This document shows, one piece after another, positions 10,818-20,340 of a DNA stretch of 64,000 bases. Location of the stretch: NCBI GenBank assembly GCA_028278405.1, contig JANQEK010000037.1:160662-224661 (forward strand), given 5' to 3'. Position 1 is the stretch's first letter; each line of letters begins with the position of its first letter. The translations under genes and the position numbers were made by a program. Under the pieces are notes generated by a model. That model searched no databases and was not told the origin of the DNA. It saw only the letters and a list, made by a program, of their open reading frames with translations. Source of the DNA: Nitrospinaceae bacterium (GTDB lineage Bacteria > Nitrospinota > Nitrospinia > Nitrospinales > Nitrospinaceae).

Positions 10818-11533
10818 GACCCCAGTTTATAACCCACCCCATGGACCGTTTCGATAATGGAGTCACAGCCCAGCTCAGAAAATTTACTTCGTATGTGCCG
10901 GATATGACTGTCCACGGTCCGGTCGCTGATAAAAGAGTTGGGTTCGCAGGAATGCTCGATGATCCGGTCGCGATCGAAAACAATTTCCGAGTACGTCAGG
11001 AAAGCCTGAAGCATGGAAAATTCCCGCGCCGTCAGTTCCACAGTCTTCTGGTTCCAGGTAACACGATGCTTCTCAGGTTCCAGGATGAGAAGCCCGTGTT
11101 TCAGCGTTTGAAGCGAATCCTTTGACAAGGGAGTTGCAGACTGTCGGTTTCGCTTCAGGATTGCATTGACTCGAGCGATCAACTCGCGCGGACTGAACGG
11201 CTTGGAGACGTAATCGTCGCCACCGATTTCCAGACCGACTACCCGGTCGATTTCTTCGTCCCGCGAGGAGAGGAATAGAATCGGTACTTCAGATGTTTTG
11301 CGGAGTTCTTTGCAGAATTGAAACCCGTCGACCTCCGGCATGTTGACATCCAGGATGATCAAAGCCGGGTTTTCCTGATGAACGATATCCAGTGCTTTTT
11401 GTCCATTCATGGCTTCCACCGGGGACATGCCCGCTTGCTCCAGAGCAAAGGAAATCACTTCACGGATATGAGGATCATCGTCGACTACGAGAATGGTTCT
11501 TGCCATAAGGTCAAGCCTTGTTTGCAATATCAT
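10808..11533 (-). CDS. OmpR/PhoB-family response regulator (REC + winged-helix)
   Basis: REC motifs are ILVVDDDPHIREV, DVNMPEVDG and the conserved Lys in YVSKPFSPREL. The C-terminal winged helix carries LTAREFSMLQ and VDSHIRHIRSKF. An alternative start (MARTILVVDDD) lies at 11506. Confidence 0.9.
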   Translation of the reverse strand: MILQTRLDLMARTILVVDDDPHIREVISFALEQAGMSPVEAMNGQKALDIVHQENPALIILDVNMPEVDGFQFCKELRKTSEVPILFLSSRDEEIDRVVGLEIGGDDYVSKPFSPRELIARVNAILKRNRQSATPLSKDSLQTLKHGLLILEPEKHRVTWNQKTVELTAREFSMLQAFLTYSEIVFDRDRIIEHSCEPNSFISDRTVDSHIRHIRSKFSELGCDSIIETVHGVGYKLGSCR

Positions 11534-11657
11534 GGATTATTAATTCTCACTTAAAATTATGGTAACACAATAAAACAGGAGGTCCGCCAGCAGGAGGCAG
11601 GCTGTCGCCCGCCATCCTGTCCAAGATCGTTCCTGCATATGAATCGGACCGGTCTCT

Positions 11658-13769
11658 TCACGCTCGTTGGCGGCGTCTGAGTAATGCCAGAGCCGCCAGG
11701 CTGATCACCAGCAATCCCGCCCAGGTGGCCGGTTCCGGAACGGAACTTCCGGAAAAATTCTGCGCCATTTTCATGGGGGCTACCTGACCGTAAGCTTTCG
11801 GTCCTACACCTTTCACCATGGGGAGAGGGACTTGCGAGTCCTTAGAGCTCTGCGGATTTTTGTTAACAATTTTTTTAGATACAGCTACAAACGAAGTCCA
11901 ACGCGTGGTCAGCGAGTGTTTCAGGCCTAGGTGAATTACTTTCTGCTTCAGCTCGTCATCGCTCAGGTGAGTGGTTTTGAAGGCGTTTGGAGAATTGATC
12001 TGACGCATATGATCTGCGATTTGAGACCGTGCCCAGATTTGCGGAATCGGAGAAAGAGCGATTGAGTCTTTCTTGTTCGGTAGACTTGCCTGGATCGGTA
12101 ATGAGGCTTTCCTGCCGCGTACCCGTCCCTGTACTTCAACCGTATGCATTCCACTTCCTTCGATCTTTCCAAGAACGCGAATCGAGTCTCCCGCAAACAG
12201 GTCGGGAACAACCTCCGGTGTCACCTGGCTGACTTTAAGATCACCCCAATCGATGCGGATGTCGGTCAATACCGGGGACTCCAGTTTGCCGGCCAACTCC
12301 AGCGCGACTTCCTCTGCATCCTCCGTAGGGTCCATGAACCGCGCAAACCCACGGCCCTTTCTTCCCATTTCGGAAAGCAAAAACCGATTGACCGAAGTGC
12401 CCACCCCAAACGCGTAAATGCGTGCGTTGCCGATGTTGCTTGTAATGAGTTTTAGCACTTCCGATTCATTGCCAATGTAGCCGTCTGTCAGAAAAACGAC
12501 GATTCGCAATGTTCTATCCGGTTGGGGAGTGGAAAAGGCCTGACGGATGGCGTTGGGAATTTCAGTTCCTCCGTTGGCGCTCAGAGAGTTGACATAGTTC
12601 ACACCGTTGTTGATATTGTTCGGGGTGGCACGGACCGGGCCCGATGTGAATTCCGAGGCGTTGTTACTGAAACGGATGATCCGGAAGTAGTCTTTGCTTC
12701 GTAGATTGTTCAAAGCATGACGCATGAAGACTTTACTGGCATCGATGGGTTGACCGCTCATGGAGCCGGAAGTATCCAGCACAAACACCATTTCCCGCGC
12801 GGCGATGTCATTTGGTTTCGGAGATGCCGGAGGTTCGATCCACAAGCTGAAGTAACCGTCTTTCGAATCGGTATGAGCCAGGAATGTGGGTTGGGTATTT
12901 TTTCCGGCCAGTTGATAACGCAGAACGAAATCCCGATTGTCGATCGTCCGGCCGTCGGCCAGAGTGATCGTTTTTTTCTTTTCCTCACCGATCACATCGA
13001 TTTTGTGGGTACGGCTGAAAATATGAGGAATGGTCGCTCCCGCTTCCATTTCGATGTTAATGGAGACCCGGTCCTTGCGGATTGAATCGGGAATCGTCAA
13101 GCCCGAAACTTCCGGGTAAGCAGGGAGCGTTTCGATTTCCCACTGGTTGAATTGAGTTTCCGCTTTGACCTTTTTTATTCCCACGGTGACACCGTCATCC
13201 ACAACCTGTGGCGGTTTCCCGGAGTGGGCGGGTTGATAGCGCGGACCAACGATCAAGGGAATAACCAGTTCATAATTACCATCCACTTTGGGTATGGTTT
13301 GATCGTAGACCAATGTCACCTTGATCGGCAGCCCAGGCATGAGATTGGCAATATGCTGGGTGAACATGTTGGGCCGGTGCTGGACCAATAGCGAAGCTGC
13401 CTTACCCTGTTTTTTTGCTTTGTTGAATTTTTTCTTGGCTTCCCCAATTTTATGGATTTGAGCCTGTATGATTTCATCGCCTACTTCCATGGTCATTGCG
13501 TGAACCGCAGCGTCTTTATTTAGAGGAAACAGGTAGGTAGCGTTCAATGGATCCGAAGTCGGATTAGCGAACGTTTGTGTGATGGTCACCGTCGCGAGGT
13601 CGCCCTGGATTTTTGAATGGATGTCCGTTTTCAGGGCGGGAAAGTGGATGGTTTTGCCGTCAACCACTGCCTTGACCGATCCGCCGAGATCATTTTCTGT
13701 GAACGCGAAGGCGGTACCGGAAAAAGCAAGTGCGCAAGCAAGAATAAATAAATGAATAAAAGCTTTCAT
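11658..13769 (-). CDS. VIT domain + von Willebrand factor A domain protein with C-terminal PEP-CTERM sorting signal
   Basis: Signal peptide MKAFIHLFILACALAFSGTAFA. VIT-like N-terminus (ATVTITQTFANPTSDPLNATYLFPL). VWA domain with an intact MIDAS (VFVLDTSGSMSG). The C-terminus is VPEPATWAGLLVISLAALALLRRRQRA. Confidence 0.85.
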   Translation of the reverse strand: MKAFIHLFILACALAFSGTAFAFTENDLGGSVKAVVDGKTIHFPALKTDIHSKIQGDLATVTITQTFANPTSDPLNATYLFPLNKDAAVHAMTMEVGDEIIQAQIHKIGEAKKKFNKAKKQGKAASLLVQHRPNMFTQHIANLMPGLPIKVTLVYDQTIPKVDGNYELVIPLIVGPRYQPAHSGKPPQVVDDGVTVGIKKVKAETQFNQWEIETLPAYPEVSGLTIPDSIRKDRVSINIEMEAGATIPHIFSRTHKIDVIGEEKKKTITLADGRTIDNRDFVLRYQLAGKNTQPTFLAHTDSKDGYFSLWIEPPASPKPNDIAAREMVFVLDTSGSMSGQPIDASKVFMRHALNNLRSKDYFRIIRFSNNASEFTSGPVRATPNNINNGVNYVNSLSANGGTEIPNAIRQAFSTPQPDRTLRIVVFLTDGYIGNESEVLKLITSNIGNARIYAFGVGTSVNRFLLSEMGRKGRGFARFMDPTEDAEEVALELAGKLESPVLTDIRIDWGDLKVSQVTPEVVPDLFAGDSIRVLGKIEGSGMHTVEVQGRVRGRKASLPIQASLPNKKDSIALSPIPQIWARSQIADHMRQINSPNAFKTTHLSDDELKQKVIHLGLKHSLTTRWTSFVAVSKKIVNKNPQSSKDSQVPLPMVKGVGPKAYGQVAPMKMAQNFSGSSVPEPATWAGLLVISLAALALLRRRQRA
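11661..11741 (-). other. PEP-CTERM (PEPxxWA-type) sorting signal: PEP motif, TM helix, Arg cluster
   Basis: The last 27 codons of the VIT-VWA gene encode VPEPATWA + GLLVISLAALALL + RRRQRA. I verified this codon by codon on the minus strand. Confidence 0.8.
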
Positions 13770-15313
13770 AATGTCCTCTCTTTCGTGAAGTCAGCAGGTC
13801 GTTGAGTAATATTTATATCCAGTGCCGCCAGGACCGCCCGGTCCCATCGGCGGGTTATCAATGCATCCTGTTCCCAGGGAGAGATGCGTTGGATTGCGGA
13901 CCACACGCTGTTGCGTTTCTGCATCCAATGCCACACCGCTTCCGATACATTCGACGTAATATGTCCCTGGTCGGAAATAAAACTGACCGCGATCCGGTAG
14001 CTTTGTCCTTCCGTTGTGGTTGCCTTGTAGACGGCCGTCGGAATTGTGTCGTATGAAATACCGATGTGCTGGACCTCAAATCCCAATCCCCGCAAGCATT
14101 CATCGGGTGAGTGGAGATGGCGCAGGGGGGAGGAGGTTTGGATCCAAAGCAGGCTGTTGTTGCCATAGGAAGCCTTGGCAGCCGCACCTCCGTATTGGGT
14201 GAAGTAAATTTTTTCTTTTGGAAGGAGAGGTGCGGGGATTCCCTCATGATTATCGATGATCAGCGGCAGGGAAATTTTGATATTGGGGCGGGCGACGTCG
14301 ATGGGTGTCCTGGGGAGACTGACAATTCCTCCAGCAATAATCAGAAAGATAGAAGCCATGACCACGGGATGGGTTTTCAATATTCGCAACCCGATACCCA
14401 TCAATTGGGTGGGCGTGGAATTTTTCTGCGAATCCGGTTTGCCGACCAGGTTTCCGGGAGTGTCGTCCGTGTAACGGGCCCAGAGCAGAATGGGCAGACA
14501 GCCCAGGGCCAGGGCCATGAGGCCCAGAAGGGAATGCCCCGGTTCTGCCATGACATCCATGTCGAATATTTTTTCCGGCCAGGCAATACCTACGGCGAGA
14601 GCCATGATCCTGAAAATGTTGGTCCACAAACTGGAAAATAAAGTGACGCAAAAACCGAACAAGCCGGAAACAATACTGGGTCGGTAGACAGCCATACAGG
14701 AGGCATAAAACAATTGCAGCAGCAGCAATGTCCGCGCACCGGAGCAGGGCAGGTCGACCAGCACATCTTTCTGGTTGATCAAAATACGTACGCCGTGACA
14801 ACCCACATTATCGAACAAACCGCCCAGAATCAGACAAGCGCTTCCGGCAGAGAGGGATTGCAGGCCGAATCCCACCGTATGCTGCATGACCCGTTCCAAC
14901 GGCAGGGCAAACAGGAAACAAACCGCCAGCCAGCCGGGAGAAATGGATCGCTCTCTATCTTGAACCCCGGCCAAAGTAGCCAGGGCGTAGACATCGAGGA
15001 CCAAGGCCAAAGCGCCGATAATGTTGACGGCAAACACCTGACCGACCAGACGGACCAACGCGGTGGCGGTCAGGAGGATTAGAGCCCATTGGGTACTATT
15101 GGATTGGCTGGCGCGTCGGGGACTGGAGACGCTCCACAGAAACAACCCGACACAGACCAGGAATATAAGGAAACCTTTGGAGTCGTAGGCCGGGTCTTGC
15201 CAGGTTTGAATCAACCAGTGTACCGGTTCGTAAGCCAGTACAGTTGCGGCTGCCCCAAAAATCAGTCCGGGAAGAAAGCGTTTTGCATTGGGATGTAAAT
15301 ATGCATTGTCCAT
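13766..15313 (-). CDS. Exosortase family protein fused to a C-terminal EpsI-like domain
   Basis: The polytopic N-terminal half carries the exosortase signature residues: Cys in VDLPCSGARTLL, Arg in WTNIFRIMALAV, and His in EPGHSLLGLM. After one more TM, the C-terminal ~200 aa carry the EpsI-type motif HLHSPDECLRGLGFEV. The stop overlaps the start of the VIT-VWA gene (ATGA). Confidence 0.8.
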   Translation of the reverse strand: MDNAYLHPNAKRFLPGLIFGAAATVLAYEPVHWLIQTWQDPAYDSKGFLIFLVCVGLFLWSVSSPRRASQSNSTQWALILLTATALVRLVGQVFAVNIIGALALVLDVYALATLAGVQDRERSISPGWLAVCFLFALPLERVMQHTVGFGLQSLSAGSACLILGGLFDNVGCHGVRILINQKDVLVDLPCSGARTLLLLQLFYASCMAVYRPSIVSGLFGFCVTLFSSLWTNIFRIMALAVGIAWPEKIFDMDVMAEPGHSLLGLMALALGCLPILLWARYTDDTPGNLVGKPDSQKNSTPTQLMGIGLRILKTHPVVMASIFLIIAGGIVSLPRTPIDVARPNIKISLPLIIDNHEGIPAPLLPKEKIYFTQYGGAAAKASYGNNSLLWIQTSSPLRHLHSPDECLRGLGFEVQHIGISYDTIPTAVYKATTTEGQSYRIAVSFISDQGHITSNVSEAVWHWMQKRNSVWSAIQRISPWEQDALITRRWDRAVLAALDINITQRPADFTKERTL

Positions 15314-15486
15314 GCACCCAGTGTTATGCTTACATGTGCAAGGGATATGACAGGTAAACGGAATTTCTCAGGAAATGATGTGCAGGTTTTGTGCAGAAAA
15401 TTGTGAAGATTATGATTTCAATGGGTTACTGAGGATCATATTTTCAGATTTTTTGATTAATCCTGAGTCTGATGGAAAGACGAAGT

Positions 15487-16722
15487 ATGGGAAAAGATAA
15501 TTTTGATGTTTTAAAACCGAATAATGGTGTTCCTGTGAAGACCTGGACTCGAGGCGTTCCGCTGGATGATAAAGCGGAAAAGCAGTTGATGAATGTTGCC
15601 CGGATGCCTTTTATCCACAGCCATATTGCTGTTATGCCGGATGTCCATTGGGGCTTGGGGGCGACTATTGGAAGCGTGATCCCAACCCTGGACGCCATTA
15701 TTCCTGCGGCGGTCGGTGTGGATATTGGATGCGGCATGATGGCGGTGCAGACCAGTTTGAAGGCGACCGATTTGCCGGAAAACCTGAAAGAGATCCGCGC
15801 CAATATAGAAAAAGCGGTGCCTCATGGCAGAACCCACGATGGCGGCCGGGGAGACCGTGGTGCCTGGGCCGATATTCCTGATGGGCAGACGAAGGCCTGG
15901 GAAAATCTGGCGCCGGGTTTGGATTCCATTGTTGAAAAGAATCCAAAAGTGATGAGAAAAAACGCCAACACCGTTAATCATCTGGGAACATTAGGGACAG
16001 GCAACCATTTCATTGAAGTGTGTCTGGATGAGAAGGATCATGTCTGGTTCATGTTGCATAGCGGTTCCCGCGGTATCGGCAACCGGATTGGAACTTATTT
16101 TATTGAACTGGCCAAACAGGACGTGCGTCGGTTGCATGTCAATGTTCCAGACATCAATCTGGCCTACTTTTCGGAAGGCTCGGATCATTTTGCCGAATAT
16201 GTGGAGGCGGTAGAGTGGGCGCAGACTTTTGCCAAGACCAACCGTGAGCTAATGATGAAGGCAGTGATTAAAGCAGTACAGAGTTCCAAAGGCATTCCCC
16301 CTTTTGAAGCGAATTTGGAAGCGGTCAACTGTCATCACAATTACGTGACACGGGAGAATCATTTTGGGAAAAATGTTTTAGTAACGCGAAAGGGAGCGGT
16401 GCGTGCCCGGTCGGGAGATATGGGAATCATCCCCGGCAGCATGGGGGCGAAGTCTTATATCGTGCGCGGCTTGGGCAATAAGGACAGTTTCGACAGCTGC
16501 AGTCACGGCGCGGGCAGAGCGATGTCCCGGACCGAAGCCAAGCGACGCTTTTCGGTGGATGATCATGTCAAGGCTACCGAAGGGGTAGAGTGCCGCAAGG
16601 ACAAGGATGTGATCGACGAAACGCCTGCAGCTTACAAAGATATCGACGCGGTTATGGATGCGCAGAAAGATTTGGTGGAAATCGCACACACATTACGCCA
16701 GATCATTTGCATCAAAGGCTAA
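15487..16722 (+). CDS. rtcB: RNA ligase RtcB (3'-phosphate/5'-hydroxyl RNA-splicing ligase)
   Basis: It aligns by eye with E. coli RtcB from the N-terminus: VKTWTRGVPLDDKAEKQLMNVARMPFIHSHIAVMPDVHWGLGATIGSVIPT, GTGNHFIEV, and SCSHGAGR with the catalytic His. The ORF opens at 15472, but the ATG at 15487 matches the homolog length. Confidence 0.9.
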   Translation: MGKDNFDVLKPNNGVPVKTWTRGVPLDDKAEKQLMNVARMPFIHSHIAVMPDVHWGLGATIGSVIPTLDAIIPAAVGVDIGCGMMAVQTSLKATDLPENLKEIRANIEKAVPHGRTHDGGRGDRGAWADIPDGQTKAWENLAPGLDSIVEKNPKVMRKNANTVNHLGTLGTGNHFIEVCLDEKDHVWFMLHSGSRGIGNRIGTYFIELAKQDVRRLHVNVPDINLAYFSEGSDHFAEYVEAVEWAQTFAKTNRELMMKAVIKAVQSSKGIPPFEANLEAVNCHHNYVTRENHFGKNVLVTRKGAVRARSGDMGIIPGSMGAKSYIVRGLGNKDSFDSCSHGAGRAMSRTEAKRRFSVDDHVKATEGVECRKDKDVIDETPAAYKDIDAVMDAQKDLVEIAHTLRQIICIKG

Positions 16723-16734
16723 AACATTGAGCCT

Positions 16735-18879
16735 TCAAACGTAAACCCTTCTCCACCGATTGATCCGTTCTCCCCAAGCCAGGGTTTTTTCTGTGACCTG
16801 ATTTTTTTTCCAGTTTCCCGCGGCGTATTTGTTGGACTCGGCCAGGGTCGGATAAATATGAATGGTACTTAAGATTTTGTTCATACCGAAACCGTTCTTC
16901 ATGGCAGCCACGTATTCGGCGATGATGTCTCCGGCGTGAAGTCCCGCAATAGTCACCCCAATAATTTTGTCCTTGCCCGGTTCGGTCAGGACTTTGACGA
17001 GACCATAAGCCGCTTCATCAGTAATGGCGCGGTCCAGATCGTCGATGCCATAGGTTGTGACTTCGTAAGGGATGCCCTGTTCCTTCGCTTCCACTTCGTT
17101 GAGTCCCGATCGCGCTACTTCGGGATCGGTATAGGTACACCAGGGCACGGTGCGATAATCCACTTTGAAACCGTAGAAGGGACTGATCAGTGAGTTGACC
17201 GCGCAGTACCATGCCTGATGGGCCGCGATATGAGTGAATTGATAAGGGCCGGCCACATCTCCACAGGCATAGATGTTGGGGTAATTAGTCCGCATATACT
17301 CGTCCACCTGGATGGTTTTCCTGGGTGTCAACTCCACTCCCAGTTCTTCCAGACCGAATCCGGTTGTATTGGCCTTTCGTCCCAGGGCCAGCAGCACTTT
17401 ATCGAATTGTATCTGAACCCGTTGCCCTTGGTGTTCACACTCCAAAAAGTCCTTCCCATCTTGTTTGTAAAATCTTTTGGGTGAGTGTTCCAAAAGAACG
17501 TTAATACCGTCCTTTTTAAAAGAGTCATAAGCCATTTGCGCAATCTCGGGATCTTCCCGGGGAAGGAGTCTTTTCCCACGCTGCACCTGGGTAACTTCGC
17601 ACCCCAGCCGGCAAAATGCTTGAGCGAGTTCCGAACCGATCGGGCCTCCACCGATCACCAGAAGTTTTTCTGGCTTTTCCCGAATGCTCCAAACCGTGTC
17701 AGAGGTCAGGTAGTCGACTTCTTCAATGCCTTCGATAGGCGGGATGGCAGGACGGGCACCCGTGGCGACAATGATATTCTTAGTGGTGAGAGTTTTCCCG
17801 TTCACCTGAACTTCATAGGGTGAAACGATTTTGGCTTCCCCGGTCAGACACTCGACTCCCAGTTGTGAATAACGTTCAATCGAATCGTGAGGTTCCACCG
17901 TTTTGATAACCCGTTGAACCCGTTCCATCACATCAGAGAACTCAAATTCCACCTGTACGTTTTTGAATCCCAGGCTTTGGCATTTTTTAATGTCTGCCAT
18001 GAATTTCGCGGACCGAATGAGGGCCTTGCTGGGTACGCAACCGGTATTCAGGCAATCCCCTCCCATTTTGTGTTTTTCTATAAGAGCGACTTTACCTTTG
18101 GTTGCCGCTCCGATATAGCTGGAAACAAGACCCCCCGATCCTGCTCCAATGACTACCATGTTGTATTCGAATTCTTTGGGTTTCTTGAACCGGCTTAGTA
18201 TTTTTCTGCCTTTGTAGAAAGCCAACAACTTTTTAGTCAGAAGCGGGAATATACCCAGTAGTACAAAAGAGAAAATAATTTCAGGGGAGAGAATACCTTT
18301 CAAGGATTCAATCTGAGCGAGTTGCGTTCCGGCATTCACATAAACAGCAGTCCCGGCCAACATTCCGACCTGGCTCACCCAATAGAATTGAAATGTCTTC
18401 ATCGGGGTCAAACCCATTACCAAGTTGATGATGAAGAATGGAAACGCTGGAATCAACCTCAATGTGAAGAGATAAAACCCACCATCTTTTTTGACGCCAT
18501 CATTAAAGGATTTGAGATAGCCTCCGAACTTGTTTTGAACCCAGTCGCGGAGCAATAATCGCGAAATGGTAAAGGCCAGCGTTGCACCAATCGTACTGGC
18601 AAAGGAGACGATAATGGTTCCTGTAACCAGTCCAAACAGAGCTCCGGCCAGTAAAGTTAACCAGGCGGCTCCCGGCAGAGACAGGGCTGCTGAAACAATA
18701 TAAATCAGGCTGTAAACACCAATCGCTAAGAAAGTGTTTTCTTTATAAAAGACGGAGAAGTTTGCCTGCTGGTCTTTCAGGTATTCCAGGGTCAAGTACT
18801 GGCCGAGATCGAAGTGGAAAAATGCCCACAGGAAGCCTGCGATCACTGACAGAATGATAATGGTTTTTGCTTTTTTCAT
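16735..18879 (-). CDS. Fusion protein: N-terminal DedA/TVP38-TMEM64 membrane domain + class I pyridine nucleotide-disulfide oxidoreductase (dihydrolipoamide dehydrogenase/mercuric reductase-like)
   Basis: About 230 aa of multi-TM DedA-like sequence come first. These are followed by the FAD fold VVIGAGSGG, the redox-active disulfide GGDCLNTGCVPSK, the NAD fold LLVIGGGPIGSE, and a C-terminal dimerisation domain with an HPT-type motif (IHIYPTLAE). Confidence 0.8.
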   Translation of the reverse strand: MKKAKTIIILSVIAGFLWAFFHFDLGQYLTLEYLKDQQANFSVFYKENTFLAIGVYSLIYIVSAALSLPGAAWLTLLAGALFGLVTGTIIVSFASTIGATLAFTISRLLLRDWVQNKFGGYLKSFNDGVKKDGGFYLFTLRLIPAFPFFIINLVMGLTPMKTFQFYWVSQVGMLAGTAVYVNAGTQLAQIESLKGILSPEIIFSFVLLGIFPLLTKKLLAFYKGRKILSRFKKPKEFEYNMVVIGAGSGGLVSSYIGAATKGKVALIEKHKMGGDCLNTGCVPSKALIRSAKFMADIKKCQSLGFKNVQVEFEFSDVMERVQRVIKTVEPHDSIERYSQLGVECLTGEAKIVSPYEVQVNGKTLTTKNIIVATGARPAIPPIEGIEEVDYLTSDTVWSIREKPEKLLVIGGGPIGSELAQAFCRLGCEVTQVQRGKRLLPREDPEIAQMAYDSFKKDGINVLLEHSPKRFYKQDGKDFLECEHQGQRVQIQFDKVLLALGRKANTTGFGLEELGVELTPRKTIQVDEYMRTNYPNIYACGDVAGPYQFTHIAAHQAWYCAVNSLISPFYGFKVDYRTVPWCTYTDPEVARSGLNEVEAKEQGIPYEVTTYGIDDLDRAITDEAAYGLVKVLTEPGKDKIIGVTIAGLHAGDIIAEYVAAMKNGFGMNKILSTIHIYPTLAESNKYAAGNWKKNQVTEKTLAWGERINRWRRVYV

Positions 18880-18963
18880 TTATCCCTCCCACGAGATATA
18901 TATTTTGGGGCTGACACGACCCTTGAGTTTGTCTGTCATCTTGTCTGCAATTTCAGAAAAAGT

Positions 18964-20340
18964 TTAAAGCACTCCATAAGCCAGCATCGCATCGGCAACT
19001 TTTACGAATCCGGCGATGTTCGCGCCTTTAACGTAGTCTACGTAATCTTTTTCAGAGCCGTACCGAATGCACTGTTGATGAATATTGGTCATGATTTCCA
19101 CTAACCGTTGTTCCAGCTCCTCGGAAGACCAGGACATGCGAATGCTGTTTTGCGTCATCTCCAAACCTGAAACGGCCACTCCTCCGGCATTTGATGCCTT
19201 CCCCGGAGAAAACAGAAGTTTGGCGTTTTGGAAACTTTTTATAGCTCCTATGGTGACCGGCATATTGGCGCCTTCTGCAATGCCCTGACAACCGTTTTTG
19301 ATCAATGCCTTCGCATCTGCTTCATCCAGTTCATTTTGTGTGGCGCAGGGGAAAGCCAGATCGCAAGGAATGCTCCAGGGCTTTTGTTTGTCGTAAAACT
19401 TCAGTTTGTAATGGTCGGCGAATTCTGAAATCCGTCCTCTTTTAACGGTTTTTAAATCGATGATGAATTCCAGTTTCTCCTCATCAAGGCCATCCGGGTC
19501 ATGAACGAATCCTGAGGAATCCGAAATGGTGACTACTTTTGCGCCCAGTTGAATGAGCTTCAGTGCGGCGTATTGAGCTACATTTCCCGATCCGGAGATG
19601 AGGCACTGTTTTCCTTCCAAACCGTCTGACTGATGTTTCAGCATTTCCCGCATAAAATAAATACAGCCGAAACCTGTTGCTTCTGTTCTGATTTCACTAC
19701 CGCCGAATTCCAAACCCTTGCCCGTCATGGTTCCGGTGAATTCGTTTTTCAGTCTCTTGTACTGACCGAACATGTAGCTGATTTCCCTGGCACCGACACC
19801 GATATCGCCCGCGGGTACATCGATATCTTCTCCGATGTGTTTGGAGAGTTCGGTCATGAATGCCTGGCAAAAGCGCATGACTTCATCATCGGATTTTCCC
19901 TTGGGGTTGAAGTTCGAGCCGCCCTTGCCTGCACCCATGGGTAAGGTTGTCAGGCTGTTCTTGAAAATTTGCTCAAATCCCAGAAATTTCAGAATGCTCA
20001 AGTTCACGGTCGGGTGAAACCGGAGCCCGCCTTTGTAGGGACCGATGGAATTGTTGAATTGAACCCGATATCCCCGATTGGTACGGACAGCATCATGATC
20101 ATCCTGCCAGCACACTCTAAAAATAATCACCCGGTCGGGTTCCGTGAGCCTTTCCAGTATTTGCGCTTTGCGATATTTGGGGTGAAGTTGGACGTAGGGA
20201 ATGAGATAGGTCATGACTTCTTCAACCGATTGATGGAATTCGGTTTCACCCGGATTTCTTCGCTTCAGCCCACTAATAAAATTATCCATCGTTAATTCCG
20301 GGCATTTGCTTTGGGTTGATTCCTCTGCCGCTTTTATCAT
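18964..20340 (-). CDS. gdhA: NADP-specific glutamate dehydrogenase
   Basis: Near-colinear similarity to E. coli GdhA: GPYKGGLRFHPTVNLSILKFLGFEQIFKNSLTTLPMGAGKGGSNFNPKGKSDDEVMRFCQAFMTEL and GANIAGFVKVADAML. A strong SD (AAGGGGAG) lies 5 nt upstream of the ATG at 20340. Confidence 0.95.
   Translation of the reverse strand: MIKAAEESTQSKCPELTMDNFISGLKRRNPGETEFHQSVEEVMTYLIPYVQLHPKYRKAQILERLTEPDRVIIFRVCWQDDHDAVRTNRGYRVQFNNSIGPYKGGLRFHPTVNLSILKFLGFEQIFKNSLTTLPMGAGKGGSNFNPKGKSDDEVMRFCQAFMTELSKHIGEDIDVPAGDIGVGAREISYMFGQYKRLKNEFTGTMTGKGLEFGGSEIRTEATGFGCIYFMREMLKHQSDGLEGKQCLISGSGNVAQYAALKLIQLGAKVVTISDSSGFVHDPDGLDEEKLEFIIDLKTVKRGRISEFADHYKLKFYDKQKPWSIPCDLAFPCATQNELDEADAKALIKNGCQGIAEGANMPVTIGAIKSFQNAKLLFSPGKASNAGGVAVSGLEMTQNSIRMSWSSEELEQRLVEIMTNIHQQCIRYGSEKDYVDYVKGANIAGFVKVADAMLAYGVL

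Noticed and set aside
14111-14801. Overlapping 176-aa (+) and 183-aa (-) alternative-frame ORFs inside the exosortase gene
   Set aside because: Both are Gly/Arg/Pro-rich off-frame readings of a GC-richer membrane-protein gene. The annotated frame carries the exosortase and EpsI motifs.
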